The position numbers and the translations under genes were made by a program. The notes under the pieces are model-generated. The model made no database searches, was not told where the DNA came from, and saw nothing but the letters and a program-made list of their open reading frames with translations. From a bacterium (lineage in GTDB: Bacteria > Vulcanimicrobiota > Xenobia > Xenobiales > JADMJV01), in the NCBI GenBank assembly GCA_018266105.1, contig JAFEBA010000018.1, positions 7,258 to 71,257 of the forward strand: a stretch of DNA of 64,000 bases. The letters run 5' to 3'. How positions within the stretch are numbered: the stretch's first letter is position 1; each line of letters starts with the position of its first letter. Of this stretch, positions 1 through 8,271 are shown piece after piece.

Positions 1-331
1 CTTTCCAACTGGTGGTGATGCGCATCACGTCCTGCCTTTCTTCCTCTGATAGGGTAGTTTCCACTTCGTGATCAAAGATCCTCATTTCGGCCTGGTTCAG
101 CCGCAGGTAGCTATCCACGAAGCGTGAGATCAGGGCCGACTTCTGCTGGTCTACTCTGAGCGTCGCCAGTAGCCGGAGGCTCTGCACTTTTACCCTTGGC
201 CGGTCTTGCCGCTCAATTTTCATTCTGGCCAACAGCGCGCTGGCTACAGGGTTCTCGCGTTTGGCATAGGTCAGCCAGTCCAGTTGAGCCAGTTCCAGAG
301 AGAGGTCATTGAAGCCGGGCAGCCAGAACAA
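1..331 (-). CDS. Partial ORF running off the left window edge (C-terminal part of a protein; possible TTG start at 331). Hypothetical, with diverse protein-like composition (…LELAQLDWLTYAKRENPVASALLARMKIERQDRPRVKVQSLRLL…EEERQDVMRITTSWK).
   Basis: Hand translation of the reverse strand is open from the in-frame TGA (complement of 359..361) to the window edge. There is no ATG; the only start candidate is TTG. Composition is protein-like. The six-frame track does not list it because it runs off the edge. Confidence 0.3.
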   Translation of the reverse strand, partial: MFWLPGFNDLSLELAQLDWLTYAKRENPVASALLARMKIERQDRPRVKVQSLRLLATLRVDQQKSALISRFVDSYLRLNQAEMRIFDHEVETTLSEEERQDVMRITTSWK

Positions 332-568
332 ACGTTCTCCGGGAATGGCCGCTTCCGTTCAGGAAGCCTTCCCCATGAATCGAGCCAAACGACGACGCCA
401 ACAGCGCGCCCACTGCACCCCTTCGGACCGGGACCTGCTGGAGCTCCGAAGCGAGCGTGCGGAAGCAGGTTTGCTCGGTGAAGCCCGTTTTGGAATTAAT
501 GCCAACGCTTTCCAGCCTCCCAGCCGTGAGTTGCAATCAGCCCTGCGCAACTCGTCGGCCAGGTTGTC

Positions 569-1720
569 GTGAAAGAGAAGGCCTACGCCTGGGCCTTCCG
601 CCCACGATTTCGTAAGGGCGCCTTTGGCTGGAAATCTCAGCCCGCCATCGCACGGGTCAAAGAAGCGGTGACCGAGATCAAAAAGATGTCTCGCACGGAT
701 CCAATGCTGGCGGCTGAGGGCGCTATTCTTTTTCTGGAGAAAGTGTCGAATGCTTTAGAGCATGTCGATAGCTCCTCGGGAGCCATCGGCTCGGCCGTGA
801 ACAAGGCGGTGGCCGAGCTTTGCCGGATCATCGGGGCGGCGCCGGCTCCGCCGGAGGTGCGTTCTGCCTGGATGGAAAGGCTCTGGCAGGCACAGCAGTC
901 GGATGAGATTCCCTATATCGAGTGTCTGGGCGAGGGTTGGGGAACCGCCTGTGGTTCGCCCGAAGTGGCCTCCGCCTGGGCCGACATCTTCTTGCCGGGC
1001 ACGCGTGCCTGCTTCGGGAGCCTGAGAAGCGGCTACTATCAGGGCTGCGCCAATTGTCTATCGAGTTTGCTGGCTGCTGGCCGCTATTCCGAATTGCTGG
1101 AATTGCTCGAGAGTGCGCCCGACTATATGAATCCAGGCCACTGGCGCATGGAGGCGCTGTTGGCCGCCGGGCAAAATGACGACGATTCCGAAGCGGGTTT
1201 GTTGAGACAGGGCCGTAGCCTGGAAGCCTATCAGAGGTTCGGTCTGGTGACCAATCAAAAGTCGACCAATCTGGCCACCTTTCGCGCCATCAAGAAGAAA
1301 TATCCCGAAATTGCTCCGGAGAAAATTCTACGGGATTTGGTGGCGCTACATCCGGAAGGGGCCGGCAAGTGGTTCGCCGCCGCCAAGGATGCCGGACTTT
1401 GGGAGCTGGCCCTCGACCTGGCCGCCCGCAGCGCCTGTGATCCGAAAACTTTGATCAGGGCGGCCGCCGATTTTGAGTTCAGCAATCCGGAATTCGCGCT
1501 GGGGTCAGCTCTGTTGTCCCTCCACTGGTTGGTGGAAGGCTACGGCTACGATATCACCGGAGCGCACGTCATGACCGCTTATTTTGCCGCCCTCAAGTTG
1601 GGCCAGCAGTTGGGGCGTGGAGACGAGGTGAAAGGCCAGGTTCACACTCTCCTGGCCCGGGAGCGCCCGGGTGGCTTTGTGGGCAAAGTGCTGAAGGGCG
1701 TCATCGCCCGGGGTCGCTGA
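569..1720 (+). CDS. Hypothetical protein (383 aa, GTG start).
   Basis: Long ORF with protein-like composition. The overlapping reverse-strand ORFs are short and low-complexity. No recognisable motif. Confidence 0.5.
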   Translation: MKEKAYAWAFRPRFRKGAFGWKSQPAIARVKEAVTEIKKMSRTDPMLAAEGAILFLEKVSNALEHVDSSSGAIGSAVNKAVAELCRIIGAAPAPPEVRSAWMERLWQAQQSDEIPYIECLGEGWGTACGSPEVASAWADIFLPGTRACFGSLRSGYYQGCANCLSSLLAAGRYSELLELLESAPDYMNPGHWRMEALLAAGQNDDDSEAGLLRQGRSLEAYQRFGLVTNQKSTNLATFRAIKKKYPEIAPEKILRDLVALHPEGAGKWFAAAKDAGLWELALDLAARSACDPKTLIRAAADFEFSNPEFALGSALLSLHWLVEGYGYDITGAHVMTAYFAALKLGQQLGRGDEVKGQVHTLLARERPGGFVGKVLKGVIARGR

Positions 1721-2081
1721 GGAAGGCGGTAGGTGTTTGTAGCCCCCCTTTCAATTTGAGCCGTTGGGCCTGATCTGCTTTTAGAGCCAATGATTCGACT
1801 TGATTTAGAAATTGGGGTGTCAGTAGAAGTTGAGGCCAATAGCCAGGCTGGGCCGAAGCCTGGTCAGGATGCTTCCCCGGCTGTACGGGCGCCGAGAATC
1901 TGTTGGCCGCCAGCCAGGTCGGAGAGGTCGTCTGACCAGGCCCCGGCCGTGAGTGCTCTTAAGGCGAGCAGTGCAATACACAAAATCCGGATGGGAACAG
2001 CTTCTTGGGCGGAGGCCAGGTCCCTGGCTCAGGGTCCCGGTTTGGGTATCGAGCAGTTGCTGAGCGCTGGCTGAAGGGCGA

Positions 2082-2411
2082 TTACCAGGAGGGCAGTGGA
2101 TCGCCCCAGTGCCAGCCCGAGGGTGTGGACGGAGCTTCGAGCGGGGTCGTTTTTGGGGCCGGCACCGGCGCGGGGGGGTCGGCCTTTTCTGGAAGTGCGC
2201 TCAGGGGATCCCCCCAGGTCCAACCGGCCGGGAGCGGGTTGGACTCCTTGCGGGCGGGCAGGGCACTGAGAGGGTCACCCCACTGCCAGTCGGCGCCGGA
2301 GAGGGTGAGGCCGTCGCTGGGGCCAGTCTCGGTCTGGGCCCCGGCCCGGGTCTGGTCGGTGGGCCGGGAGTTAAAAACTGGGGCCGTTTGTCCGATTCGG
2401 TTCATCTTCAT
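2082..2411 (-). CDS. Small repeat protein (about 109 aa from the internal Met) with three W-x-W-G-D-P-L(SALP) repeats.
   Basis: The peptide contains WQWGDPLSALPA, WTWGDPLSALPE and WHWGDPLPSW. A GAAGGAGAG Shine-Dalgarno-like motif lies upstream of the internal ATG at 2411. The competing plus-strand ORF 2005..2724 is Gly/Ala/Ser low-complexity. Confidence 0.45.
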   Translation of the reverse strand: MKMNRIGQTAPVFNSRPTDQTRAGAQTETGPSDGLTLSGADWQWGDPLSALPARKESNPLPAGWTWGDPLSALPEKADPPAPVPAPKTTPLEAPSTPSGWHWGDPLPSW

Positions 2412-2592
2412 GGTGGGTTCTGCTCTCCTTCGTTTTTCCAAAGGCTTGGGACTGTGTGAGAGCATACCTGGTCGAGGTGATAGAAAGGTGTTGAGCGGGG
2501 AGAAAGCTCGACCAGTTCTTGAACACTTTTGTGTGGGTCTTGCGATACCGGGCTCGGCAATTAACGTTGGAGATCGGTCTTGGGGACGGACC

Positions 2593-3240
2593 TCAGGGGA
2601 GGAGCTGTACCCCGGTGCGGTCAGCGTCGACCAGGAAGCGGGCTCGACCCAGATCGGTGGCGCAATAAGCCCCTACCAGGGCAGCCCCGCTGACTGGGTC
2701 ATAGGCGACCCGTGTGAAAGATAGCGTTCGGGGCCATTGCTCGGGGGTCGGGTCGGGGGTTAACTGGGCGTAGAGCTGGCCGGGTAGCCCCTCCGAAAGA
2801 GAGAGCTCAATTTCAGGACTACCCATCGCCTCCACCTCCAAGCCCGTCGCTTCAGGGAAAAACTGGACTTTGCCCAGCACCACCCAATCCGTGCGGTTGT
2901 AGGTGAGCTTCAGATGTCTGAGCACCGCCGTGTAGACTTCCAAATCCCTTTCGCAAACCGGCTCCCCCTCATCGCGCCAGGGTTTGACCTCGCGAGTGGA
3001 GACATCCATGGAAAATTCACGACCGTGAGCATCAGCCAGGTAGAGCTGACCGCCCCGGATATCCAGCTCGAGAATCATGGGTGCAATCGCGCTGCCGGGC
3101 TCGGCCCATTCGGGGATAATGTAGTCCCAGAGCAATTTTCCGCTGTTGGCCTCGCGCGCGACCAGCCGACCCCCTTCTGTCCAGGGGGCTTCATAGCGTA
3201 CACCATCGAACTCTATCGGAGGGGGTGGTTCGAGAACCAT
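2593..3240 (-). CDS. Hypothetical protein (215 aa).
   Basis: ORF with balanced composition. No motif recognised. Confidence 0.5.
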   Translation of the reverse strand: MVLEPPPPIEFDGVRYEAPWTEGGRLVAREANSGKLLWDYIIPEWAEPGSAIAPMILELDIRGGQLYLADAHGREFSMDVSTREVKPWRDEGEPVCERDLEVYTAVLRHLKLTYNRTDWVVLGKVQFFPEATGLEVEAMGSPEIELSLSEGLPGQLYAQLTPDPTPEQWPRTLSFTRVAYDPVSGAALVGAYCATDLGRARFLVDADRTGVQLLP

Positions 3241-3358
3241 CCCCTTTGCTTCGCTTTCAACAGCACTTTTACTTCTGGCTCCGCCCCAGCCGGCGCCAGG
3301 AAGTTATGCGAGAGACCCGCGGATCTCAGCCGACTTCCTACGGTCGCCGCTCTGGGCT

Positions 3359-4183
3359 TCAGTCTTTCAGGAAGAACCTGACCGGGGCGGAGCGCACCAG
3401 AATGCCTTTGCTTCCGGTCACCTCGGCTTCCAGGGTGTGATTGCCTTCCTGGGTCAGCTTTTCATAGGGGCGGGGATCCCATTCGATCCGGGAAACCCCG
3501 CCGCGCTGAGTCCTGAGCAGCTTGCCGTCCAGGTAGAGCCGGGCAATGGCGTCGGGATCGTCGGGAGTGAGGGTGGTCTGCACCACCATTTTGTCCTCTT
3601 TCTGCACCCTGGCGTCGGCCGTGGGAGAGGTGATGGTCAGGCTGCGGGGCTGTTTGAGCTCGGCGGCGCTGATTTTGGGCGCCCCGGGCTTGGCCACCGG
3701 GCTGTCGCGGTCGACAAAGGCGGTGATCAGGGTTCCCTGGTCGATGGTCACGTCATCGCCCTCCATAAAGACGAAGAAGACCGAGAGCAGCACGCCGCCC
3801 ACGATGACCCCGGTTTCCTGGTCGTCGCCGGTTTCGTCGCGCACGGCCCGCAAAGGCACCAGCGAACCGTCGGCCGCGTCCACATTGTCCACGGAAATGT
3901 TGAGCGCTCCGGCCCGGCCAAAGAATCCGCTGCCTTCCGATTTGATCACCTTGCCGTAAGCCGTGGAGCCAGACGCAACCAGAATGCGTCCCTGGGCGTC
4001 CAGCACGTCCCGCTCAACCCGATACTTGATCTTGGTTCCCTCGGGGATCTCCCCGGAGACCATTTTCTCTTTGGTGGTCAGCACCAGCGGGGTGCCGTCT
4101 TTGAGGGTGGCGGGGGCCGGCTTGGACCAGCCTCCTTGTGCGATCAGGAGGGTGGTGGCGAGAAGGAAGACCAGTTTTTTCAT
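3359..4183 (-). CDS. Secreted hypothetical protein (274 aa) with N-terminal signal peptide MKKLVFLLATTLLIAQGGWS.
   Basis: Classical signal peptide: basic residues then a hydrophobic core. The mature part has beta-rich composition. Confidence 0.6.
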   Translation of the reverse strand: MKKLVFLLATTLLIAQGGWSKPAPATLKDGTPLVLTTKEKMVSGEIPEGTKIKYRVERDVLDAQGRILVASGSTAYGKVIKSEGSGFFGRAGALNISVDNVDAADGSLVPLRAVRDETGDDQETGVIVGGVLLSVFFVFMEGDDVTIDQGTLITAFVDRDSPVAKPGAPKISAAELKQPRSLTITSPTADARVQKEDKMVVQTTLTPDDPDAIARLYLDGKLLRTQRGGVSRIEWDPRPYEKLTQEGNHTLEAEVTGSKGILVRSAPVRFFLKD

Positions 4184-4306
4184 CCGCCCCAGTTTGCGAT
4201 TGAGGCTATGATTCCCCCCGTTTCATTTTCTTCCACCCAACAGGCTGAGCAGGAGTCCGCAACTGGCAAGGCGCTACCATAAACCCTCCCGAGTTGTCGT
4301 TCTATT

Positions 4307-5056
4307 TTAAGTTTCGCTGCGAAGGGTCAGGGTCTGGGCTTGAGTGGAACCGGGTTCGAGCACGACTTCGTCCAGGGCCGTGCGCAAACGAGCTCTTCCA
4401 TTCCCCAGGCTGGCCTGGATATTGAGGTTGGCCTGGGGGCAGAGCACGGTCAGACTGAGGACAGCTCGCAGTTGTCCGGTGAATTGAAGCTGGTGGGGCA
4501 TGAGCTGCAGGGCGCTGAGCGAGCTTTCGAAACTCGACTGTTGGAAATCGAACAGCAGCAGCGCGTCCGGCACCTTCCAATCGAGATTCAGGGCATCCTC
4601 CAGCACAATGTCGATCCGGGTTTCGAAGTAGCGGGGGTTGGCTTCCGGCTTGAGTTCGTCAGGCCCGGGCCGGCTCAAGCCCCGGCCTGGCTGGCTGAGT
4701 GCCATCAGCAAGTTCAGCTGGTCCTGAGGAGCGGTGAACCGGTCATTGATGCCCGTGCCGATGAAAGTGCTTGTCTGGAGTGGCTCTCGCAGGCTCAGGT
4801 GATTGCCCTGCTGGCGAGTTGTGGTGAGCATCAAGGGATTCCCGATGCTGCGGTCTTCAGCCAGCAATAGGTTGCCCTCAAGCTGACCTGGGGCTGGCAA
4901 TTGGACCCGGAAGCTGGAACTACTCAGGCTGATTGTGGCTGAGGCAGGTAGTTGATTGAGCTGGAGGCCCTGGTAGCTCCAGCCACTAATGAGGTCGAGC
5001 TGAACGACCTGAGCGTCGGATTGGAAACTGAGAAGATACTCATAAAGTTGAATCAT
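4307..5056 (-). CDS. Hypothetical protein (about 250 aa, from the internal Met MIQLYEYLL…).
   Basis: The track ORF 4307..5482 has an Arg/Leu/Pro-rich N-terminal 142 aa that is antisense to a more protein-like plus-strand ORF. I trimmed it to Met143, which is an ATG at 5056 on the minus strand. Confidence 0.45.
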   Translation of the reverse strand: MIQLYEYLLSFQSDAQVVQLDLISGWSYQGLQLNQLPASATISLSSSSFRVQLPAPGQLEGNLLLAEDRSIGNPLMLTTTRQQGNHLSLREPLQTSTFIGTGINDRFTAPQDQLNLLMALSQPGRGLSRPGPDELKPEANPRYFETRIDIVLEDALNLDWKVPDALLLFDFQQSSFESSLSALQLMPHQLQFTGQLRAVLSLTVLCPQANLNIQASLGNGRARLRTALDEVVLEPGSTQAQTLTLRSET

Positions 5057-5131
5057 TCGGTGCGGTTCACGCTGAGTGCTGGCAGTCCTGGTGGCGGCAG
5101 GCTTGGGTCTATTTGTGCGGAAGGTTTCGGG

Positions 5132-5455
5132 ATGCGACAGAAACCTCAGCGACCGCAACCCACTGAGAAGGTTCTCGACTACGATGATGGCGACCCTTAC
5201 TCGTGCATTGCGGCCGGGCGGGAGGAAGAACGACTGCAGCAGCGGCTGCAGCGTTCGGTAGAGGAGTGCTACGGAGAACCGGAGCAGCGCCTGGAGCGAC
5301 TGGCCGAGCAGGACCTGGCCAGCGTGAAAACGGCCCTTTACGATATTTGGGATCGCGAGCGCAGCTCGCAGAGCAATCCGGAGCTGGGGGACTGGGCCGC
5401 GGCCCAGATGGGCCGGCTGGGGGACCGCCGGCTGCTGGACTACGAGCGCCCTTAG
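5132..5455 (+). CDS. Small acidic hypothetical protein (about 108 aa, MRQKPQRPQP…).
   Basis: Internal Met of track ORF 4952..5455 with a GGAAGG upstream. Composition is charged and helical-like (…ERLQQRLQRSVEECYGEPEQRLERLAEQDL…). Its stop overlaps the 5452..5931 gene stop in convergent orientation. Confidence 0.4.
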   Translation: MRQKPQRPQPTEKVLDYDDGDPYSCIAAGREEERLQQRLQRSVEECYGEPEQRLERLAEQDLASVKTALYDIWDRERSSQSNPELGDWAAAQMGRLGDRRLLDYERP

Positions 5456-5931
5456 TTTTTCTTCGGGTGGCGGAAGACCCAAGGGGGGATGGGGTCGGAT
5501 TGGGCCCAGAGGCCGCGATGGCGCTGCTGAGCTTCCGCCTGAATGGGCATCCAGTATTCGGGCGCTCGACAGTAACGCGTGAAGACCCAGGCCTGGCCGT
5601 CGCGGACTTGACGCACATTGAGGTTGGTCCCGTCGGGCAGGTAGAGCTGCCCAAGTATGCGCCCGTAGCGATCCTGTCCCAAAGGAAGCAGATGGACCTG
5701 AGCGCCGTTGGGAATGAGCTGGCGCAGGGCCTGGCGGGATTCTGGACCGCCTGGCTGGCGCTTTTCGGGAGCATCAATGCTGTCCAGCCGCACTTTCTGA
5801 ATGCCCTGTTGGGTCTGTAGTTTGACGGTGTCGCCGTCGGTGACCGACAGCACCCGAGCAGGTAGCAGCGGCTGAGCGGGCACCGCCAGTTGTACGGTCA
5901 GCCAGAGGCCGAGCAGGCGTGTGTGGATCAT
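5452..5931 (-). CDS. Secreted thermonuclease (staphylococcal nuclease / SNase-like) family protein.
   Basis: Signal peptide followed by the SNase hallmarks: VTDGDTVKL, RLDSIDAPE, DRYGRILG and a C-terminal GLW segment. Confidence 0.85.
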   Translation of the reverse strand: MIHTRLLGLWLTVQLAVPAQPLLPARVLSVTDGDTVKLQTQQGIQKVRLDSIDAPEKRQPGGPESRQALRQLIPNGAQVHLLPLGQDRYGRILGQLYLPDGTNLNVRQVRDGQAWVFTRYCRAPEYWMPIQAEAQQRHRGLWAQSDPIPPWVFRHPKKN

Positions 5932-5985
5932 GGTCTACTCAGAATACCGCCTGGAGCGACATTTTTTGTCGCGCTCTTTGAAGGT

Positions 5986-6279
5986 TCAGGGTGTGCGCTG
6001 ACCTCGGCGGTTTTGCAAGCGGGCCCGAATATTCTGCCGTTCCTGCTGGTCGACTTTTCCATCTTTGTTGGTGTCTAGCCGCGAGCGGAGCGCCTGACGG
6101 GCGGCTTCCTTTTCGGCCTCATCGAGCTGGCCGTCGCCGTTGGTGTCGTATTTGGCTTTGAGCTGGGCGCTGGCGGCCTGCCATTCAGCCTGGTCGATCT
6201 GGCCGTCGCCGTTGGTGTCGAGGGTTGTCTGTGCGCTGGCCAGCTGGCAGAGGGTGAGGAAGATGATGAGCTTTTTCAT
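5986..6279 (-). CDS. Secreted EF-hand calcium-binding protein (about 97 aa from the internal Met MKKLIIFLTLCQLASA).
   Basis: Three canonical EF-hand loops: DTNGDGQIDQAE, DTNGDGQLDEAE and DTNKDGKVDQQE. Signal peptide present. The track ORF starts 50 codons upstream, but the signal peptide only makes sense from Met51 (ATG at 6279). Confidence 0.75.
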   Translation of the reverse strand: MKKLIIFLTLCQLASAQTTLDTNGDGQIDQAEWQAASAQLKAKYDTNGDGQLDEAEKEAARQALRSRLDTNKDGKVDQQERQNIRARLQNRRGQRTP

Positions 6280-6387
6280 AGGTGTGAGTTTAGCATGGCT
6301 TTCACGAAGGTTCATGGGGGTTTTGTGAAGAGTCTGTGAAGGTCGAATTCTGCAAGTTTTGCCGCAAGAATGTAGAATGATTGGCTG

Positions 6388-8271
6388 ATGTCCGAACTGA
6401 GCCCCATTTTGAAAACAATCCTGGAGCAATTAGGTCGGCAATTTGGGCAGGACCAGAAGCCAGTGACCACCCTGGCCTTGCTGCGTGAGTTGCGCACTCG
6501 TGGAAATTGCGGGGCCTGGAAAGTGCTTCAGCATGCCGAGCTCTTGTTTTTGGATTTACCTGAGCCTGTGGATGAGGGTGACTCAGGCATCCTGAGCACA
6601 AGCATGAAGGGTGCCTGGGTGAGCGCCGAGTTCCTGGCCAAATCTTCAAGGATGCTGGAGACCCAGCACCTGTTGCGAGGCTTGGCGCGCGAGAAGACGG
6701 GTGCGGCCGGACGCTGGCTTCGAGACAAAGGATTTGAGGAAGACCGGGTGGACTGGAGTCAGTTTTCGGACCCTCGCTCTCCGGCCGAAACACCGCCCGA
6801 TCTGTCGGGTCAACGGATGGTGCATATTTTCGGCACAATCACTTATCTTGCAATGGGTATGGATGATTTGCTGGGGCCCTTCTTTTCACTGATGGGGCTA
6901 TTATTCTTGACGCAGACGGTGGATTTGTTCAGTCGAGTCCGAGGCTGGAAGTTCGATCCAGAGCGATGCGCCCGATGCCGAACTGAACCTGAAATTCCCG
7001 CAATGCTAGATTCTGAGTCAGGCCTGTGCCGAGTTTGTGAACGCAAAGTGTTAAGCATTCCCGGTCGAAATTACCTTTTGCTCTTGCTTTTCCTAACCCT
7101 TACCTCTGCCTTCTATATGCAGCTCTACCAGCCGATTGGACTCGTACTGGCGAATTTGGGTTTGTCAATTTTACTGACCGGAGTGGCGACCTTTGTGCAT
7201 GAATTGGGCCACCTGCTGGCTGGAGTGATTGCAGGCTACCGAGTGGTGTCTCTACACCTGGGGAGCGGCGATTTGCGGAAGGGCTTCAAATTGGGGCCCA
7301 TCTGGATTTATCTGCAGGCCCAGCCTGTAGGCGGCATGGTGATGTCTCTAGCGCCTCGGACTCGAGCCCGACGTTGGCGTTCCGTGCTCTACTCGTTAGC
7401 CGGTCCGGGAGCGAACCTCTTCATGGCCTGGCTGATGTGGAAGAGCCTGGACGGACTTCCTGGACTGAATCTGAGTCAAGCCTGGTGCCAGGGATTGCAG
7501 CCAGCCTTAACCTTCTTTTACGTCAATCTGGCCATGGCCATCAATAACCTGTGGCCGCGCTATTCGGTCGCCGGAAGTCACGGTCAACTGCCCTCAGATG
7601 GTAGAGCCGCGCTCGATGCGCTGCGCGCCGGCAAGCAGGCTTCGCCCAAATTGCTTGAAACGCTCACCCTGCTTCAGGCCGGCATTTACCGGGATTTTGG
7701 CAATCACGAGGCCGAGCTTCTCTTCCTGGATGAAGCGGTGCTGGAGCCTGACCGGGCACAAAAGTTGCATCGGATGTTTCTGCTGGGCGAGTTGGAGCGT
7801 TGGGAGGAAGCTCTCGCGATCTTACCCGAATTGTTGGAGCCGGATGTCACGATGACCCCGGAGCAGCGCAGCGTGGAGTTGAACATGCTGGCCTGGTCTC
7901 AGTATATGTCCGGGGATCTCGAGCAGGCCGACCGTCTCTCCGCCGAGTGCCTGGAGTTGTTTTCGGAGTTATCCAATAATCTGGGCACCCGAGCGGAGGT
8001 GCTGGCCGCCCGTGGTCATCTGGCCGAGGCCAGGCCGATGCTGGAAAAGGCGATTCAGGTCAGCCTTTGTCACAGGTCGACGGCTCACAATTGCAAGGCC
8101 CTGGCGCGGCTGGCAGCTTTGCAGGGGGATCTGGGGGAGTTTGAACGGCTCAGCCTGTTGGGACGCAAGCTTGATCCCGAGAAGGCCGCTTATGCCTCAG
8201 CCCAAGATGCCGTGGAGGACGCCCGAGGTCGCGGCCACTGGGTGCCGAAGGCCGGCGTTGGCCCCCCTTAG
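6388..8271 (+). CDS. Membrane zinc metalloprotease, M50/site-2-protease-like, with a C-terminal TPR-like helical repeat domain (627 aa).
   Basis: HELGH zinc motif inside a hydrophobic segment (FVHELGHLLAGVIAGY). A second membrane motif, AINNLWP…SDG, resembles the S2P NxxP…LDG motif. The C-terminal 200 aa are helical-repeat-like. Confidence 0.55.
   Translation: MSELSPILKTILEQLGRQFGQDQKPVTTLALLRELRTRGNCGAWKVLQHAELLFLDLPEPVDEGDSGILSTSMKGAWVSAEFLAKSSRMLETQHLLRGLAREKTGAAGRWLRDKGFEEDRVDWSQFSDPRSPAETPPDLSGQRMVHIFGTITYLAMGMDDLLGPFFSLMGLLFLTQTVDLFSRVRGWKFDPERCARCRTEPEIPAMLDSESGLCRVCERKVLSIPGRNYLLLLLFLTLTSAFYMQLYQPIGLVLANLGLSILLTGVATFVHELGHLLAGVIAGYRVVSLHLGSGDLRKGFKLGPIWIYLQAQPVGGMVMSLAPRTRARRWRSVLYSLAGPGANLFMAWLMWKSLDGLPGLNLSQAWCQGLQPALTFFYVNLAMAINNLWPRYSVAGSHGQLPSDGRAALDALRAGKQASPKLLETLTLLQAGIYRDFGNHEAELLFLDEAVLEPDRAQKLHRMFLLGELERWEEALAILPELLEPDVTMTPEQRSVELNMLAWSQYMSGDLEQADRLSAECLELFSELSNNLGTRAEVLAARGHLAEARPMLEKAIQVSLCHRSTAHNCKALARLAALQGDLGEFERLSLLGRKLDPEKAAYASAQDAVEDARGRGHWVPKAGVGPP

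Noticed and set aside
2005-2724. 239 aa plus-strand ORF overlapping the W-x-W-G-D-P-L repeat gene and the start of 2593..3240.
   Set aside because: Gly/Ser/Ala/Arg low-complexity translation with no start context. The minus-strand alternatives are more protein-like.
5057-5482. N-terminal 142 codons of track ORF 4307..5482.
   Set aside because: Low-complexity and antisense to a more convincing small plus-strand gene (5132..5455). Trimmed to Met143.
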